The translations under genes were made by a program, and so were the position numbers. DNA of 64,000 nt from the human T2T-CHM13v2.0 reference genome, Homo sapiens. A model generated the notes under the pieces. That model ran no database searches, was not told the origin of the DNA, and worked only from the letters and a program-made list of their open reading frames with translations. Positions 27,701 to 41,473 of this stretch are shown piece after piece (within the stretch, counting starts at the first letter, position 1; every line of letters begins with the position of its first letter). The DNA lies in NCBI RefSeq assembly GCF_009914755.1, contig NC_060947.1; one strand, 5' to 3'.

Positions 27701-28599
27701 CAAGGAGTTTACAGAAAAGCTTGAAAATCTTTCCTAAGAGAGGCAATGATTAATATTTTCAGAATAGCCTTTTTCCTCTCAATGTAAGACTACTCCACTG
27801 CTTTGAAGATTTTCTATCTGTTTGTGACTTTACTGCTCCTAGATATGTTGGTCAACCACAGAACTCAGAATCCATAATAGTGTAGATTTTGTGGTATCAC
27901 ACAAAAAGAGATAATCTGTTCTTCTCTGGAATGTCATCTCTGCTAAGGCTTTGAGGAAATGGTCAAAAGATCAAATATAGCAACCAGAATGATACTCAAC
28001 TCTTACATCATCCATCATTCCCCTTCAATGGGGGTAGTTATGCCTTTCACAAGGAACTACTCTTAAATTGCTCCAAGGGGCTAGAAAGAAAACTCAACTA
28101 GTCCCTATTTCTTTCACGGCTCTCCGCAATTCTAGGTAAAGTTCCCATATCAGCAGCTTTTTAACCTATGCTCAATCTGAGGACCTGCGTGTAATCGGGG
28201 AAGGAGGAGGTCACATCTCGAAGTTGTTATATTAACTAATAGAGATTTCATACTATTGACAAATTCAAATTTGTCAATTTGAATTTACTTTGAATGTTCT
28301 CATAAATTCCTGCTTTCTCTTCACTATATAGTCACAGTTTGTTTAATATTACTCAGAGGGTGATGGAGCTAACAGCAATTAATGCCATGTATTCATAAGG
28401 GAAGGAAATTCGATCAGACAAATTTAGCAACATATTGTCTCATTTTACAAAAAGGCCTAGTTTCCAAGTGCAATGTCTCACATCTGCCAACCCCCAAATA
28501 ATTCAACATGAAAATGGCCTTCTGAAATATTTTCCTCAAAATCTAACCACCTCTACAATCAATTCAAAAAGTATAATTTTTGCTCTCAATGTCATATAA

Positions 28600-28702
28600 C
28601 AACATTTACTAAAAGGCTAGTAGGTGCCAGGCACTATGCTAGACCTTGCAGATACAAAGTTAAATAAGACATTGTTTCTGGCTCTCAAGAAGTAGAAAAT
28701 CT
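28600..28702 (-). mobile_element. L2 LINE 3' fragment
   Basis: aacatttact...gtgccaggcactatgctag...gatacaaag..aataagaca..ctctcaagaag. Confidence 0.65.
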
Positions 28703-31248
28703 AATTGTCTTTTCTCAGTTCCTTAGCACCATTTCCCTTCAAAATAATCTCTTCAGTTTCTGTATTACCTGTGTTTGCTCTCTTCCTCTTCTATCAGTGT
28801 ATGTTTTAATGTTGAGTTTTATAAATTTTTCATGGGCAACAGGAGGCTTGAACTGATGCGCCCAAGATTGAAAGACACCTCCATTTTGTTCACTGAAGAT
28901 TTGATGACTTTGAGCTCCTTATTCCCTCCAGAAAGATTCAGTGAATGTTAAGAGGTGAAAGTATTCTGTGCTTTTAAATCAAATCCTTCTGAGAAAGAGT
29001 AGACTTATTATTATCCCAACTATAAAAATAAGCCAAGAAATATGTGGCCATGGTCACAAAGGAAGCCAGTAGCAGATATCAGAATTAATCTCTGTTATCT
29101 CTGCTCCATAATTAACTAAGATCAACATAAATTTACTATTCTGCCATATGCATATGCAATTGTATTTTTTGAAATGTATAACAGCAAGAAATTAATTTTT
29201 GCTTAATGTTAACAGAAAATTTGCCCCTTTAAAAATCTTCCATTTCCATAATAAGTTTATCACATCAAATGGTTATCCATTAAAATATTATAGAGTTTAT
29301 CAATGATGTAAGTATGATGAATTAGTGTCTATGAAAAGGGATAAATCAACAATTTACAAATATATACATTTTAAAACAAGTAAATAACATGAGGAAATGT
29401 TAACACTTTACACTCATTTGTGTACATTTAGAAAGAAATAAGTATTTGCATTTCAGAATTGGTGCAGCAGCATGTATTTTGGAATCATTCTCTTTTTTTT
29501 CTCCTACCAGATGGATCCTACTGCTCATATTTGAATCTGGGACAGTTTAGAAACCTATCTCTTTTTTTCCATCTGACTGAGATCTTTCCAGGAGGGAAGA
29601 CAAATCTATATCAAGAACAGTAAGGAATCTTACTTTCTCTCTTTCAAAACACCTTGGGGTAGGTGAACAGAGGAGCAGTTAGGTAGAAACAAATTAGTTC
29701 AGGAGACAATATTTTTACTATGAATTCTTAAATAAAAGGATGGAAGCTTGCTCTTCACTTTATGATATATGGAATATTGGAAGTCATTTCCCCATGTCTT
29801 TTGATATGTTTTGTGTATGCCACTACACTAGTAAAAAAATATTTACATGTAAGGCATCCTGCTACATACGTTTTTGCCCTCTTAAAGGTGTTTTGCCCTC
29901 TTAAAGATAAAAATAATAAAGGTAGATATTAATGGGAAAAATAGAGTATACTTTAAAATTGTGGATAGGAATTAAAATATCAGGTTAAATATATGCTGTA
30001 TTCATTGATATCCAAGTAACATTTAAGATGACATAGAGTTTTGTACTGTTATTTCCAGCAGTGGCAGTGAGTTGAAGTAGAAAGTGCCCTTGTATAAAGA
30101 TGCAAGGACATAACCCTTCATTGTGGCTGAGTGATATCCTAATCATTTAGGTCTTGAAGGAACATCTTTTTCTAAATGAAAAAAAAATAATGTTCACCAT
30201 TTCTCCAATGAATGTATTATTGTTGCTCAGAAGAAATTGACTTATTTCTGCAAAGTACTTTAAGTCTCTACTGAAACTCAACCTTCATGATGCTTTCAAA
30301 TTACACCTTAAATAATTGAAACTACAAGAGAAAACTAAGAAAGGGTCATTTCCTTTTAGTCTTTTTCTTGATTTAGTTAGCATTACAGTCTTTGTGAAAG
30401 GCAAAACTGATTCATTGGTTTAATTTATTTCTATTATCTTAGTGAAACAGAGAGAGAGAGAGAAAGAGAGACTAGATAAAAACAAGATGAATGCACAATA
30501 GACTGCAAAATAACAAGGACACAATTGTCCCTGTATGTCTGCTGTTCTAATACTATTTGGCAATCTGCTTCATTTTAAATCCTAATCATATGAATGAGAT
30601 ATGTTCTAAATGGTATGCATTTGCTGCTAAATGACTGGAAATGTCCTCGTTAAGTGTCAGGTAGGAGAAAACACTTTTTCAGCTGCAGGAAGAAACAATG
30701 CTGTGCAGTCAGTGGAAAGAAACATTCAAACAATTATACACCCTACTGCTCCACGTCATGTTAAAACAATATGTAAACTAATGCGATATTAACATGATGA
30801 TTCATAAACAGCAAAAGACCTTGATGAACAGCTAAACTTCCAAGTTAAAAAAATATTGTATCATTGATTTATTCTGTGAGAGTTTATTTTTTAATGTATT
30901 TTTTTAACTTTTTTATTTTTGTGGGTACATGGCAGATATATATATTTATGTGTTACATGCGACATTTTGATACAGGTATACAATGTGAAATTATATCATG
31001 AAGAACAGGGTATCCATCCCCTCAAGCATTTATACTTTGAGTTACAAACAATCCAATTACAGTCTTTAAGTTATTTTAAAATATGCAATTATGTTATTAT
31101 TGACTATAGTCACTCTGTTGTACTATCAAATAGCAAGTCTTATTTATTATTTCTAACTTTTTTTATACCCACTAACCATCACCACCTCACCCCTACCCTC
31201 CCACATCCCTTCCCAGCCTCTGGTAATGATTCTTCTGCTCTCTGTCTC

Positions 31249-32511
31249 TTTTTTTTATATATACATATATACTTTAAGTTCTCGGATACATGCGCAGAAC
31301 ATGCAGGTTTGTTACGTAGGTATATGCGTGCCATGGGAGTTTGCTGCACCCATCAACCCATCATCTACATTAGGTATTTCTCCTAATGCTATCCCTCCCC
31401 TAGACCCCCATCCCTCCCTGGGTCCATGTGTTCTCATTGTTCAACTCCCACTTGTGAGTGAGAACATGTGGTGTTTGGTTTTCTGTTCGTCTGTTAGTTT
31501 GCTGAGAATGATGGCTTCCAGCTTCATCTACGTCCCTGCAAAGGACATGAACTCATGCTTTTTTATGACTGCATAGTATTCCATGGTGTATATGTGCCAC
31601 ATTTTCTGTATCTGATCTATCATTGATGGGCATTTGGGTTGGTTCCAAGACTTTGCTACTGTTAATAGTGCTGCAATAAACATAAGTGTGCATGTGTCTT
31701 TATAATACAATGATTTATAATCCTTTGGTTATATACCCAGTAATGAGATTGCTGGGTCAAATGGTATTTCTGGTTATAAATCCTTGAGGAATCATCACAC
31801 TGTCTTCCACAATGGTTGAACTAATTTACACCACCACCAACAGTGTAAAAGCATTCCTATTTCTCCACAGCCTTGCCAGCATCTGTTGATTCCAGACTTT
31901 TTAATGATCACCATTCTAACTGGCATGAGATGGTATCTCATTGTGGTTTTTATTTGCATTCCTCTAATGACCAGTAATAATGAGCTTTCTTTAATATGTT
32001 TGTTGGCCGCATAAATGTCTTCTTTTAAGAAGTGTCTGTCCATAGCCTTTGCCCACTTTCTGATGCGGTTGTTTTTTCTTGTAAATTTGTTTTTCACATC
32101 GATGTTCATCAGGGATATTGGCCTGAAATTTTCTTTTTTTGTTGTGTCTTTGCCAGGTTTTGGAATCAGGATGATTCTGGCCTCATAAAATGAGTTAGAG
32201 AGGAGTCCCTATTTTTCTATTGTTTACAATAGTTTCAGAAGAAATGGTACCAGCTCCTCTGTGTATTTCTGGCAGAATGCGGCTGTGAATCCGTCTGGTC
32301 CTGGGCTTTTTTTGGTTGGTAGGCTATTAATTACTGCCTCAATTTCAGAACTTGTTATTGGTTTATTCAGGGATTCGACTTCTTCCTGGTTTAGACTTAG
32401 GAGGGTGCATATGTCCAGGAATTTATCCATTTCTTCTAGATTTTCTAGTTTATTTGAATAGAGGTGTTTATAGTATTCTCTGATGGTAGTTTGTATTTCT
32501 GTGGGATCAGT
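31249..32511 (-). mobile_element. L1PA7-like 3' end joined to an internal ORF2 segment (junction ~32092)
   Basis: 3'UTR tactttaagttctcggatacatgcgcagaac, ORF2 C-terminal fragments, then an abrupt jump to the [11 protein letters not shown] / MDKFLD region. Confidence 0.88.
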
Positions 32512-32576
32512 TAGATACCATCTTATGCCAGTCAGAAGGACAATTATTAAAAAGTCAAGAAAAATTCTTAGAGACC

Positions 32577-35500
32577 TTTTTTGACTTATTAATAATTGCC
32601 ATTCTGACTGGCATAAGATGGTATCTCATTATGGTTTTTATTTCCATTTATCTAATAATCAGTGATGTTGAGCTTTTTTCATATGTTTGTTGGCCACATG
32701 AATATCTTCTTTTGAGAAGTGTCTGTTCATATCCTTTGCCCACTTTTCAATGGGGTTGTTTGTTTTTTTCTTGTAAATTTGTTTAAATTTCTTGTAGATG
32801 CTGGATATTAGACCTTTGTTAGACAGATAAATTGCAAAAAATTTCTCCCATTCTATAGGTTTCTGTTCACTCTGATGATAGTTTATTTTGCTGTGCAGAA
32901 GCTCTTTGGTTTAATTAGATCCCATTTGTCAGTTTTTGCTTTTGTTGCAATTGCTTTTGGTGTTTTTGTCATGAAATTTTTACCCATGCCTATGTTCTGA
33001 ATGGTATTGTCTAGATGTTCTTCCAGAGTTTTTATAGTTTTGGGTTTCACATTTAAGTCTTCAATCCATCTTGAATTAATTTTTTATAAGCTTTAAAAAA
33101 GGGGACTAGATTCAATTTTTTGCATATGGCTGGCCAGTTTTCCCAGCACCATTTATTAAATAAAGAATACCTTTCCCATTGCTTGTTTTTGTCAGGTTTG
33201 TCAAAGATCAGAGGTTGTAGGTGTGTGATTTTATTCCTGAGATCTCTATTCTGTTCCATTGGTCCATGTGTCTGTTTTTGTAATAGTACCATGCTGTTTT
33301 TATTACCGTAATGTTGTAGTATAGTTGGAAGTTAGGTAGCATGAGGGCTCCAGCTTTGATATTTTTGCTAAGGATTTTTTTGACTAGTCAAGCTCTTTTT
33401 TTGCGCCATATTAATATTAAAATAGTTTTTTCTAATTCTGTGAAGAATGTCAATGGTAATTTAATGGGAATAGCACTGACTCTACAAATTACTTTGGGCA
33501 GTATGGCCATTTTCACAATATTGATTCTTCCTATCCATGAGCATGGAATGTTTTTTCATTTGTTTGTATCTTCTCTGACTCCCTTGAGAAGTGGTTTGTA
33601 GCTCTTCTTGAAGAGATTCTTCACTTCCCTTGTTAGCTGTATTCCTAGCTGTTTTATTCTTTTTCTGGCAATTATAAATGGGAATTCATTCATGATTTGG
33701 TTCTCTGCTCACCTGTTGTCATAGTATAGGAATGTTTGTGATTGTTGCACGTTTATTTTGTATCCTGAGACTTTGCTGAAGTTGCTTATTAGCTTTTGGA
33801 CTGAGATGATGGGGTTTTCTAGATATAGTATCATGTCATCTGCAAACAAAGATAATTTGAATTTTTCTCTTCCTATTTGAATACCATTTTTTTTCTCTTG
33901 CCTGATTGCCCTGGCCCAAACTTCTAATATTATGTTGAATAGGAGTTGTGAGAGAGGTAATCTTTGTCTTGTCTCGGTTTTCAAGGGAAATACTTCCAGC
34001 TTTTACCCATTCAGTATGATATTGAATGTGGGTTTGTCATAGATGGCTCTTATTATTTTGAGGTATGTTCCTTCAATACCTAGTTTATGGAGAGTTTTTA
34101 GCATGAAGAGATGTTGAATATTATTGAAGCCTTTGCATCTATTGAGATAATCATGCGGTTATTAATATTATGGAAATCTCTGCATCGATTGAGATAATCA
34201 TCTAGTTTTTGTATTTAGTTTTGTTTATGTGATGAATTACATTTATTTATTTGCCTATGTTGAACCAACTTACATTCCAGGGATGAAGCCACCTTGATCA
34301 TGGTGGATAAGCTTTTTGATGTGCTGCTGGATTGGGTTTGCCAGTATTTTATTGAGGAGTTTTGCATTAATGTTCATTAGGGATATTGGCCTGAAGTTTT
34401 CTTTTTTTGTTGTATCTCTGCCAGGTTTTGGTATCAGAATGGTCCTGGCCTCATAGAAGGAGTTAAGGAGGAGTCCCTTATTTTCAATTGTTTGAAATAG
34501 TTTCAGTACAAATGGTACCAGTTTCTTTTGTACCTCCCGTAGAATTCAGCTGTAAGTCCATCTGGCCCTGGGATTTTTTTTTTTTTCTTGGTAGGCTATT
34601 TATTGCTGTTTCAATTTCAGAACTCATTATTGGTTTATTCTGGGATTCAGTTTATTCCTGGTTCAGTCTTCAAAGTGTGTATGCATCCAGGAATGTATCA
34701 ATTTCTTCTATATTTTCTAGTTTATGTGCATAGAGTTGTTAATAATATTCTCTCATGATTGTTTGTATTTCTGTGGGGTCAAAGGTAATATCCCTGTTAT
34801 CATTTCTGGTGATGTCTACTTGATTCTTCTCTTTTTTTAAATTAGTCTAGCTAGTGGTCTATTTTATTAAATTTAAAAAAAACAGCTCCTGGATTCATTG
34901 ATTTTTTGGGGGGGGTTTCTCATGTCTCCATCTCTTTCAGTGCCATTCTGATTTTAGTTGTTTCTTGTCTTCTGCTAGCTTTAGTGTTTGTTTACCCTTG
35001 ATTCTCTAGTTCTTTTAGTTGTGATGTTAGGTTGCCAATTTGAGACTTTTCTAGCTTTTTGATGGGGGCATTTAGTGCTTTACATTTTCCTTTTAATACC
35101 ACATTAGCTGCATTCCAGAGATTCTGGTACATTGTCTCTTTGTTCTTATTGGTTTCAAAGAACTTGTTGATTTCTGTCTTCATTTCATTATTTACCCAAG
35201 AGTCATATAGGAGCAGATTGTTCAATTTATATGTAGTTGTGTGGTTTTGAGTGAGTTTTTTAATCTTGAATTCTAATGATTGTTCTGTGCTTTGAGAGAC
35301 TGTTGTTATTTCTGTTATTTTGCATTTGCTGAGTGTTTAATTTCTGATTATATGATCAATTTTACAGTAAGTGCCACGTGGCAATGAGAATAATATATCT
35401 TCTTTTGTTTTGGGGTGGAGAGTTCTGTAGATATCTATCAGATCCACTTGATCCAGAGCTGAGTTCATGTTCTGAATATCTTTGTTAATTTTCTGTCTCA

Positions 35501-38420
35501 GTGATCTGTCTAATATTGTCAGTGGGTTGTTAACGTCTCCCACTATTGTGTGGGAGTCTACATCTTTTTGTAGGTCTCTGAGAACTTACTTTATAAATCT
35601 TCTGTATTAGGTTTATATATATTTATGATAGTTAGCTTTTCTTGATGAATTGAACCCTTTTCCATTATGTAATGCCCTTTTTCGTCTTTTGGGTCTTTGT
35701 CAGTTTAAAGTCTGTTTTGTCAGAAATGAGGGTTGCAACCCCTGCTTTTTTCTGTTTTCCATGTGCTTGGTAAATTTTTATTTTACTTTCATTTTGAGCC
35801 TATGTGTGTCTTTGCATGTGAGATGAGTCTCTTGAATACAGCATAACAATTGTGCTTGACTCTATCCAGCTTTAATTAGGGCATTTAGCTCATTTACATT
35901 TAAGGATGATATTCTTACTTGTGAATTTGATCCTGTCATGATGCTGCTAGCTGGCTATTTTTCAGACTTGTTTATACAGTTGCTTCATAGTGTCACTGCT
36001 CTGTGTACTTCAGTATGTTTTTGTAGTGGCTGGTAATGGTTTTTCCTTTCCATATTTAATACTTCCTTCAGGAGCACTTGCAAGGCAGCCATGGTGGTGA
36101 TGAATTCCCTCAGCACTTGCTTGTCTGAAAAGGATCTTATTTCTCCTTTGCTTATGAAGTATAGTCTGGTCAAATGTGAAATTCTGGGTTGGAAATTCTT
36201 TTAAGAATGTTGAATACTGGCCCCCAATCTCTTCTGGCTTGTAGGGTTTCCACTAAGAGGTCCACTGTTAGTCTAATACGTTTCCCTTTGTAGGTGATAT
36301 GGCCTTTCTCTCCAGCTGCCCTTAACATTTTTTTCTTTCATTTCTAACTTCGAGGATCTGATGATTATGTGTCTTGGGGTTGATCTTCTCATGGTTTATC
36401 TTACTGGAGTTCTCTGGATTTCCTGAATTTGAATGTTGGCCTATCTTGCTAGGTTGAGGAAGTTCTCCTTGATGATATCCTGAAGTATGTTTTCTAACTT
36501 GGTTCCACTTTCCCCTCTCTTTCAGGTACCCAAATCAGTTGTAGGTTCAACCTTTTTAAATAATCCCATATTTCTTGGAGGTTTTGTTAATTTCTTTTCA
36601 TTCCTTTTTTCTCTATTCTTGTCTGCATGTGTTATTTCAGGAAGATAGTCTTCGAGCTCTGAGATTTCTTTTCCCTGCTTTGTCTATTCTGCTACTGATA
36701 CGTGTGATTGCATTGTGAAGTTCTCATGTTGTGTTTTTCGGCCCCATCAGGTAAGTTATTCTTTTATCTAAACTGGCTAGTCTGGTTATCAGCTGCTGTA
36801 TTGTTTTATCATGGTTCTTAGCTTCTTTGCATTGGGTTAGAACATGCTCCTCTAGCTCAGCAAAGTTCATTATTACCTACCTTCTGAAGCCTACTTCTGT
36901 CAATTCAGCCATCTCAGCCTCAGCCCAGTTCTGTGCCCTTGCTGGAGAGGTGTTGCAGTCATTTGGAGGAGAAGAGACACTCTGGCTTTTTGAATTTGCA
37001 GCATTTTTGCATTGATTCTTTCTCATCTTTGTGGCCTTGTCTACCTCCTATCTTTGAGGTTGCTGACTTTGAATGGGGTTTTTGTGGGGTCCTTTTCATT
37101 GATGTTGTTGTTGTTGCTTTCTGCATGTTTATTTTTCTTTTAACAGTCAGACACCTCTTCCATAGGGCTTCTGCAGTTTGCTGGGGGTCCACTCCAGATC
37201 TTAGTCACCCCAGTCCCTCCCCCATCTATATGTATCACCAGTAAAGACTGAAAAACAGCAAACATGTTTCCTGCTTCTTCCTCCTGGGAGCTGCATCCCA
37301 GCGGGGGCACTGACCTGAAGCTGGCCCAAATGCTAGTGTTGGAGGTGTCTGGAGACCCGTGTTGGGAAGTGTCACCCAGTCAGGAGAAACAGGATCAAGG
37401 ACCTGCTTAAAGAAGCAGTCTGGCTTCCCCTTTGACAAACCAGGTGTGCCAGGCTTGGGGGAACCTCCCTTGTCCAAACCACCCAGACTCTCCAGAGCCA
37501 GAAGGCAGGAAAGGTTAAGTCAGCTGAACCACAGAGTTGGTGGCTGCCCATCTTCCCAGGGGGTCCATTCCAGAGAGAGCAGAGTTCTGTTTGTAAAACC
37601 CTGGCTGGAGTGCTGAAAATCCCATAGGGTGGCCCCACCTGGTGAGGAGAGATGGATTAGGGTCTCACTTAAATAAGAAGTCTGGTTACAATCTGCTACA
37701 GCAGCTGTGCTGCACTGTGGGGAATTACTCCTGGTCCAGACCTCCCAGACTCCCCAAAGCTGGCACACCAGAACGGCTGACTCAAGCCACAAAGATGGCA
37801 GCTGCCCCTCTCCCTGGGAACTCAGTCATCGCAGGCAGTCTCCAGTCTGCTACCGCTGGCCAGCTGATATTCCAAGAGAGTGGGTCTTAACTTATGGGGT
37901 GCCATGTGAACGGGGCCTGCAAAACAACGCTGCTTGGCTTCCTGGCTTCAGCCCCCTTCCTAGGGGAATGCACAGAGAGATCTGCCTCACCAGAATTCCC
38001 AGGGCTGGAGTAAGCAAAAACTCCTGGGTCTCCGTGCCTGCCCAAGCGGCTACAGAGTCCACACAGCTCTGTGCTTCAGACCCAAGGCACTGGTGGCATG
38101 CGCTCATGAGGGGGATCTTCTGATCTGTGGGTGGCAAAGATCTGTGTGAAAACCGTGGTTTCTTAAGTGGGGTTGCACAATCACTTGCCACCTCCCTTGG
38201 CTGGGGTTGGGGGCTCCTCTGGCTCTGTGCCACACCCAGGTGGGCTGTTGACCTATCCTGCTTTTTCTCACTTTCTGTGGGTCACGCAGACCACCTAGTC
38301 AGTCCAAATGTGAGAACCTGGATACCTCAGTTGAATGTGCAGAATTCACTCATTGTTTTCATTCTTCTTTGGGAGAGCCACGGACCTCAGCTGCTTCTAA
38401 TTGGCCATCATGGACTGCCC
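32577..38420 (-). mobile_element. L1PA10-13-like (L1P3) element with complete 5' end but no 3' end of its own
   Basis: Collinear decayed ORF2 ([21 protein letters not shown]), ORF1 and ~1.4-kb 5'UTR, which starts gatggccaattagaagcagctg on the minus strand. Confidence 0.9.
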
Positions 38421-38699
38421 ACGTAATGTGTAGTCTTTTATCCTGCCTTCCCCCAGAGTTCCTAAAGCCCATTATATTTTATATAGCCATAATATATTAT
38501 ATTATATATATATAAACACTTTCTTTACCCACCCATTGATTGATGGACTTTTGGGCTGGTGCTATGTTTTTGAAATTGTGAATTGTGTGGCTATAAACAT
38601 GCTTACGTAAGTATCTTTTTCATATAATGACTTCTTTTCCTCTGGGTAGATACCCAGTAGGGAGATCTCTGTATCAAATGGTAGTTCTTTTAGTTCTTT

Positions 38700-38997
<298 letters not shown>

Positions 38998-39177
38998 GGT
39001 TCTTTTAGTTCTTTAAGGAATCTCCATACTGTTTTCCATAGTAGTTGTACTAGTTAACTTTCTCACCATCAGTGTAAATTTGTTCTCTTTTCACCACATC
39101 CATGCACCAACATGTAATTTTTTTTTTATTTTTAAATTATGGCTATTCTTGCAGGAGTAAGGCAGTATCTCATTTTC

Positions 39178-39499
39178 TTTTCTTTTCTTTTTCTTTTTTT
39201 TCTTCTCTTTTTTTTTTGAGACAGAGTCTCGCTCTGTCACCCAGGCTGGAGTGCAGTGGTGCAATCTCGAGCTCACTGTAAACTCCACCTCCGGGGTTCA
39301 CGCATTTCTCTTGCCTCAGCCTCCCGAGTAGCTGGGACTACAGGCGCCCGCCACCTCGCCCGGCTAATTTTCTGTATTTTTAGTAGAGATGGGGTTTCAC
39401 CGTGTTAGCCAGGATGGTCTCAATCTCCTGACCTCGTGATCCACCCACCTCGGCCTCCCAAAGTGCCGGGATTACAGGCGTGAGCCACCGCGCCTGGCC
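39178..39499 (-). mobile_element. Full-length AluY
   Basis: accgtgttagccaggatggtctc and cctcgtgatcc motifs, CpG-rich, TSD ctcattttc. Confidence 0.95.
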
Positions 39500-41473
39500 C
39501 TCATTTTCATTTTAATTTCCTGGCACTATTTATTGAATGGATTGTATTTTCACCAGTGTATGTTTTTGGCACCTTTGCTGAAAATGAGCTCACTATATGT
39601 GTATAGATTTGTTTCTGGGTTCTCTAATCTGTTCCATTAATCTATGTATCTATTTTTATGCCAATAACATTCTGTTTTTATTACTATAGCTATGTAGCAT
39701 AATTTGAAGTCCGGTAATGTGATTCCTCCAGTTTTTTTGTTTGTTTGTGTTTAGGTTTTTGTTGTTGATGTTTGTTTTGTTTTGCTTAGGATAGCTGTGG
39801 TCATTCTGGGTCTTTTGTGGTTTCATACAAATTTAATAATGTTTTTTCTATTTCTGTGAAGTGTATCATTGGTATTTGATTCAGGGATTTCACTGAATTT
39901 GTAGATTACTTTGGGTAGTATGGACATTTTGACAATATTGAGCCTTCTAATTCATGAATATGGAACATTTTTCCAACTTTTGGTGTCCTCTTCAATTTGG
40001 TTTATCGGTGTTTTATAGCTTTTATTATAGAGATCTGTCACTTATTTGGTAAAGTTAATTGCTGGGTATTTAAAATTATGTGTGGCTATTTTAAATGGTA
40101 TTAATTATTATTTTTCATATTGCTCACTGTTGGCTTATAGAAATGCTACTGATTTTGTATGTTGATCTTATATCCTACAACTTTACTTATCAGTTATAAT
40201 AGTGTTCTTGTGGTGTCTTTATGTTTTTCCAAATATAAGATCATCTGCAAATAAGGATAATTTGACATCTTCCTTTTCAATTTGGATGCTATTATAGATT
40301 TATCTTGGCTGACTGCTCTAGCTGGGACTTCCAGTATTATTTTGAATATCAGCGGTGACAGTGGACATTCTTGTAGTGTTACAGGTATTAAAGGAAAGGC
40401 TTTCAGTTTTTCCCCATTCAGTATGATACTAGCTATGGGTCTGTCATATATGGCTTTTATTATGTTGAGGTATGTTTCTTCTCTCCCCAGTATTTTTGAG
40501 GTCTTTTATCATGAATGGATGTTGAATTTATCAAATGCTTTTTGATAAATTTCAATTTCAGCATGAAATTATCATATGGAATTTATCCTTAATTTGTTGA
40601 TATGATGTATCTCATTGATTGATTAGCATATGTTAACCCATCCTTGCATCCCAGGGATAAATCCCACTTCATCATGACAAATGATCTTTCTAATGTATTG
40701 TTGAATATGGTTTTCTCCTATTTTGTTGAGGACTTTTGCATCAATATTCATCAGAGATATTGGCCTGTAGTTTCCTTTCTTTTCTTTTCTTTTTTTTTAT
40801 TTTTTTGATGTGCCTTTGTCTAGTTTTGGTATCAGGTAATACTGGCCTCATAGAACTAATTTGGAAGTATTCCCTCCATCTCTATTTTTCTATATAGTTT
40901 GAATAGGACTGGTATAGAATTCGGGAGTAAAATCATCAAGTCCTGGGATTTTCTTTACTGGCAGATTTTTATTACAGCTTTGAACTTGTAACTTGTTATT
41001 AGTCTATTCAGGTTTGGATTTCTTCCTGGTTCAGTCTAGGTTAGTTGTATGTATCTGGGAATTTCTCCATTTTTTCTAGTTTTCCAATTTATTGACATCT
41101 AGTTGCTCATAGTGACCACTTATGATCCTTTGAATTTCTGCAGTATTAGTTTTAATGTTTCCTTTTTTATTTCTGATTTAATTAATCTGGATCATCTCTC
41201 CTTTTTTCCTAGTCTGGCTACAGATTTGTCAATTTCGTTTGACTTTTCAAAAAAAAACGTTTTGTTTAACTGATCTTTTGTATTGTTTTCTTTATTTCAG
41301 TTTCATTTATTTCTGCTCTGATCTTTATTTATTTATTTATTTTACTAATTTGGGGTTTGGTTTGTTCTTTATTTTCTAGTCCTTTAAGACTAGTTGTTAA
41401 GATTGTTTAATTGCAGTATTTTCTCTGTTTTGATGTACACACTTACAGATATAAAATTCCACCTTAGTCCTGC

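Noticed and set aside
32513-32626. miRNA precursor, MITE, or twin-priming inversion
   Set aside because: Both arms are L1 ORF2 sequence with no TSD. Twin priming inverts adjacent, largely non-overlapping segments and does not mirror the same 50 bp.
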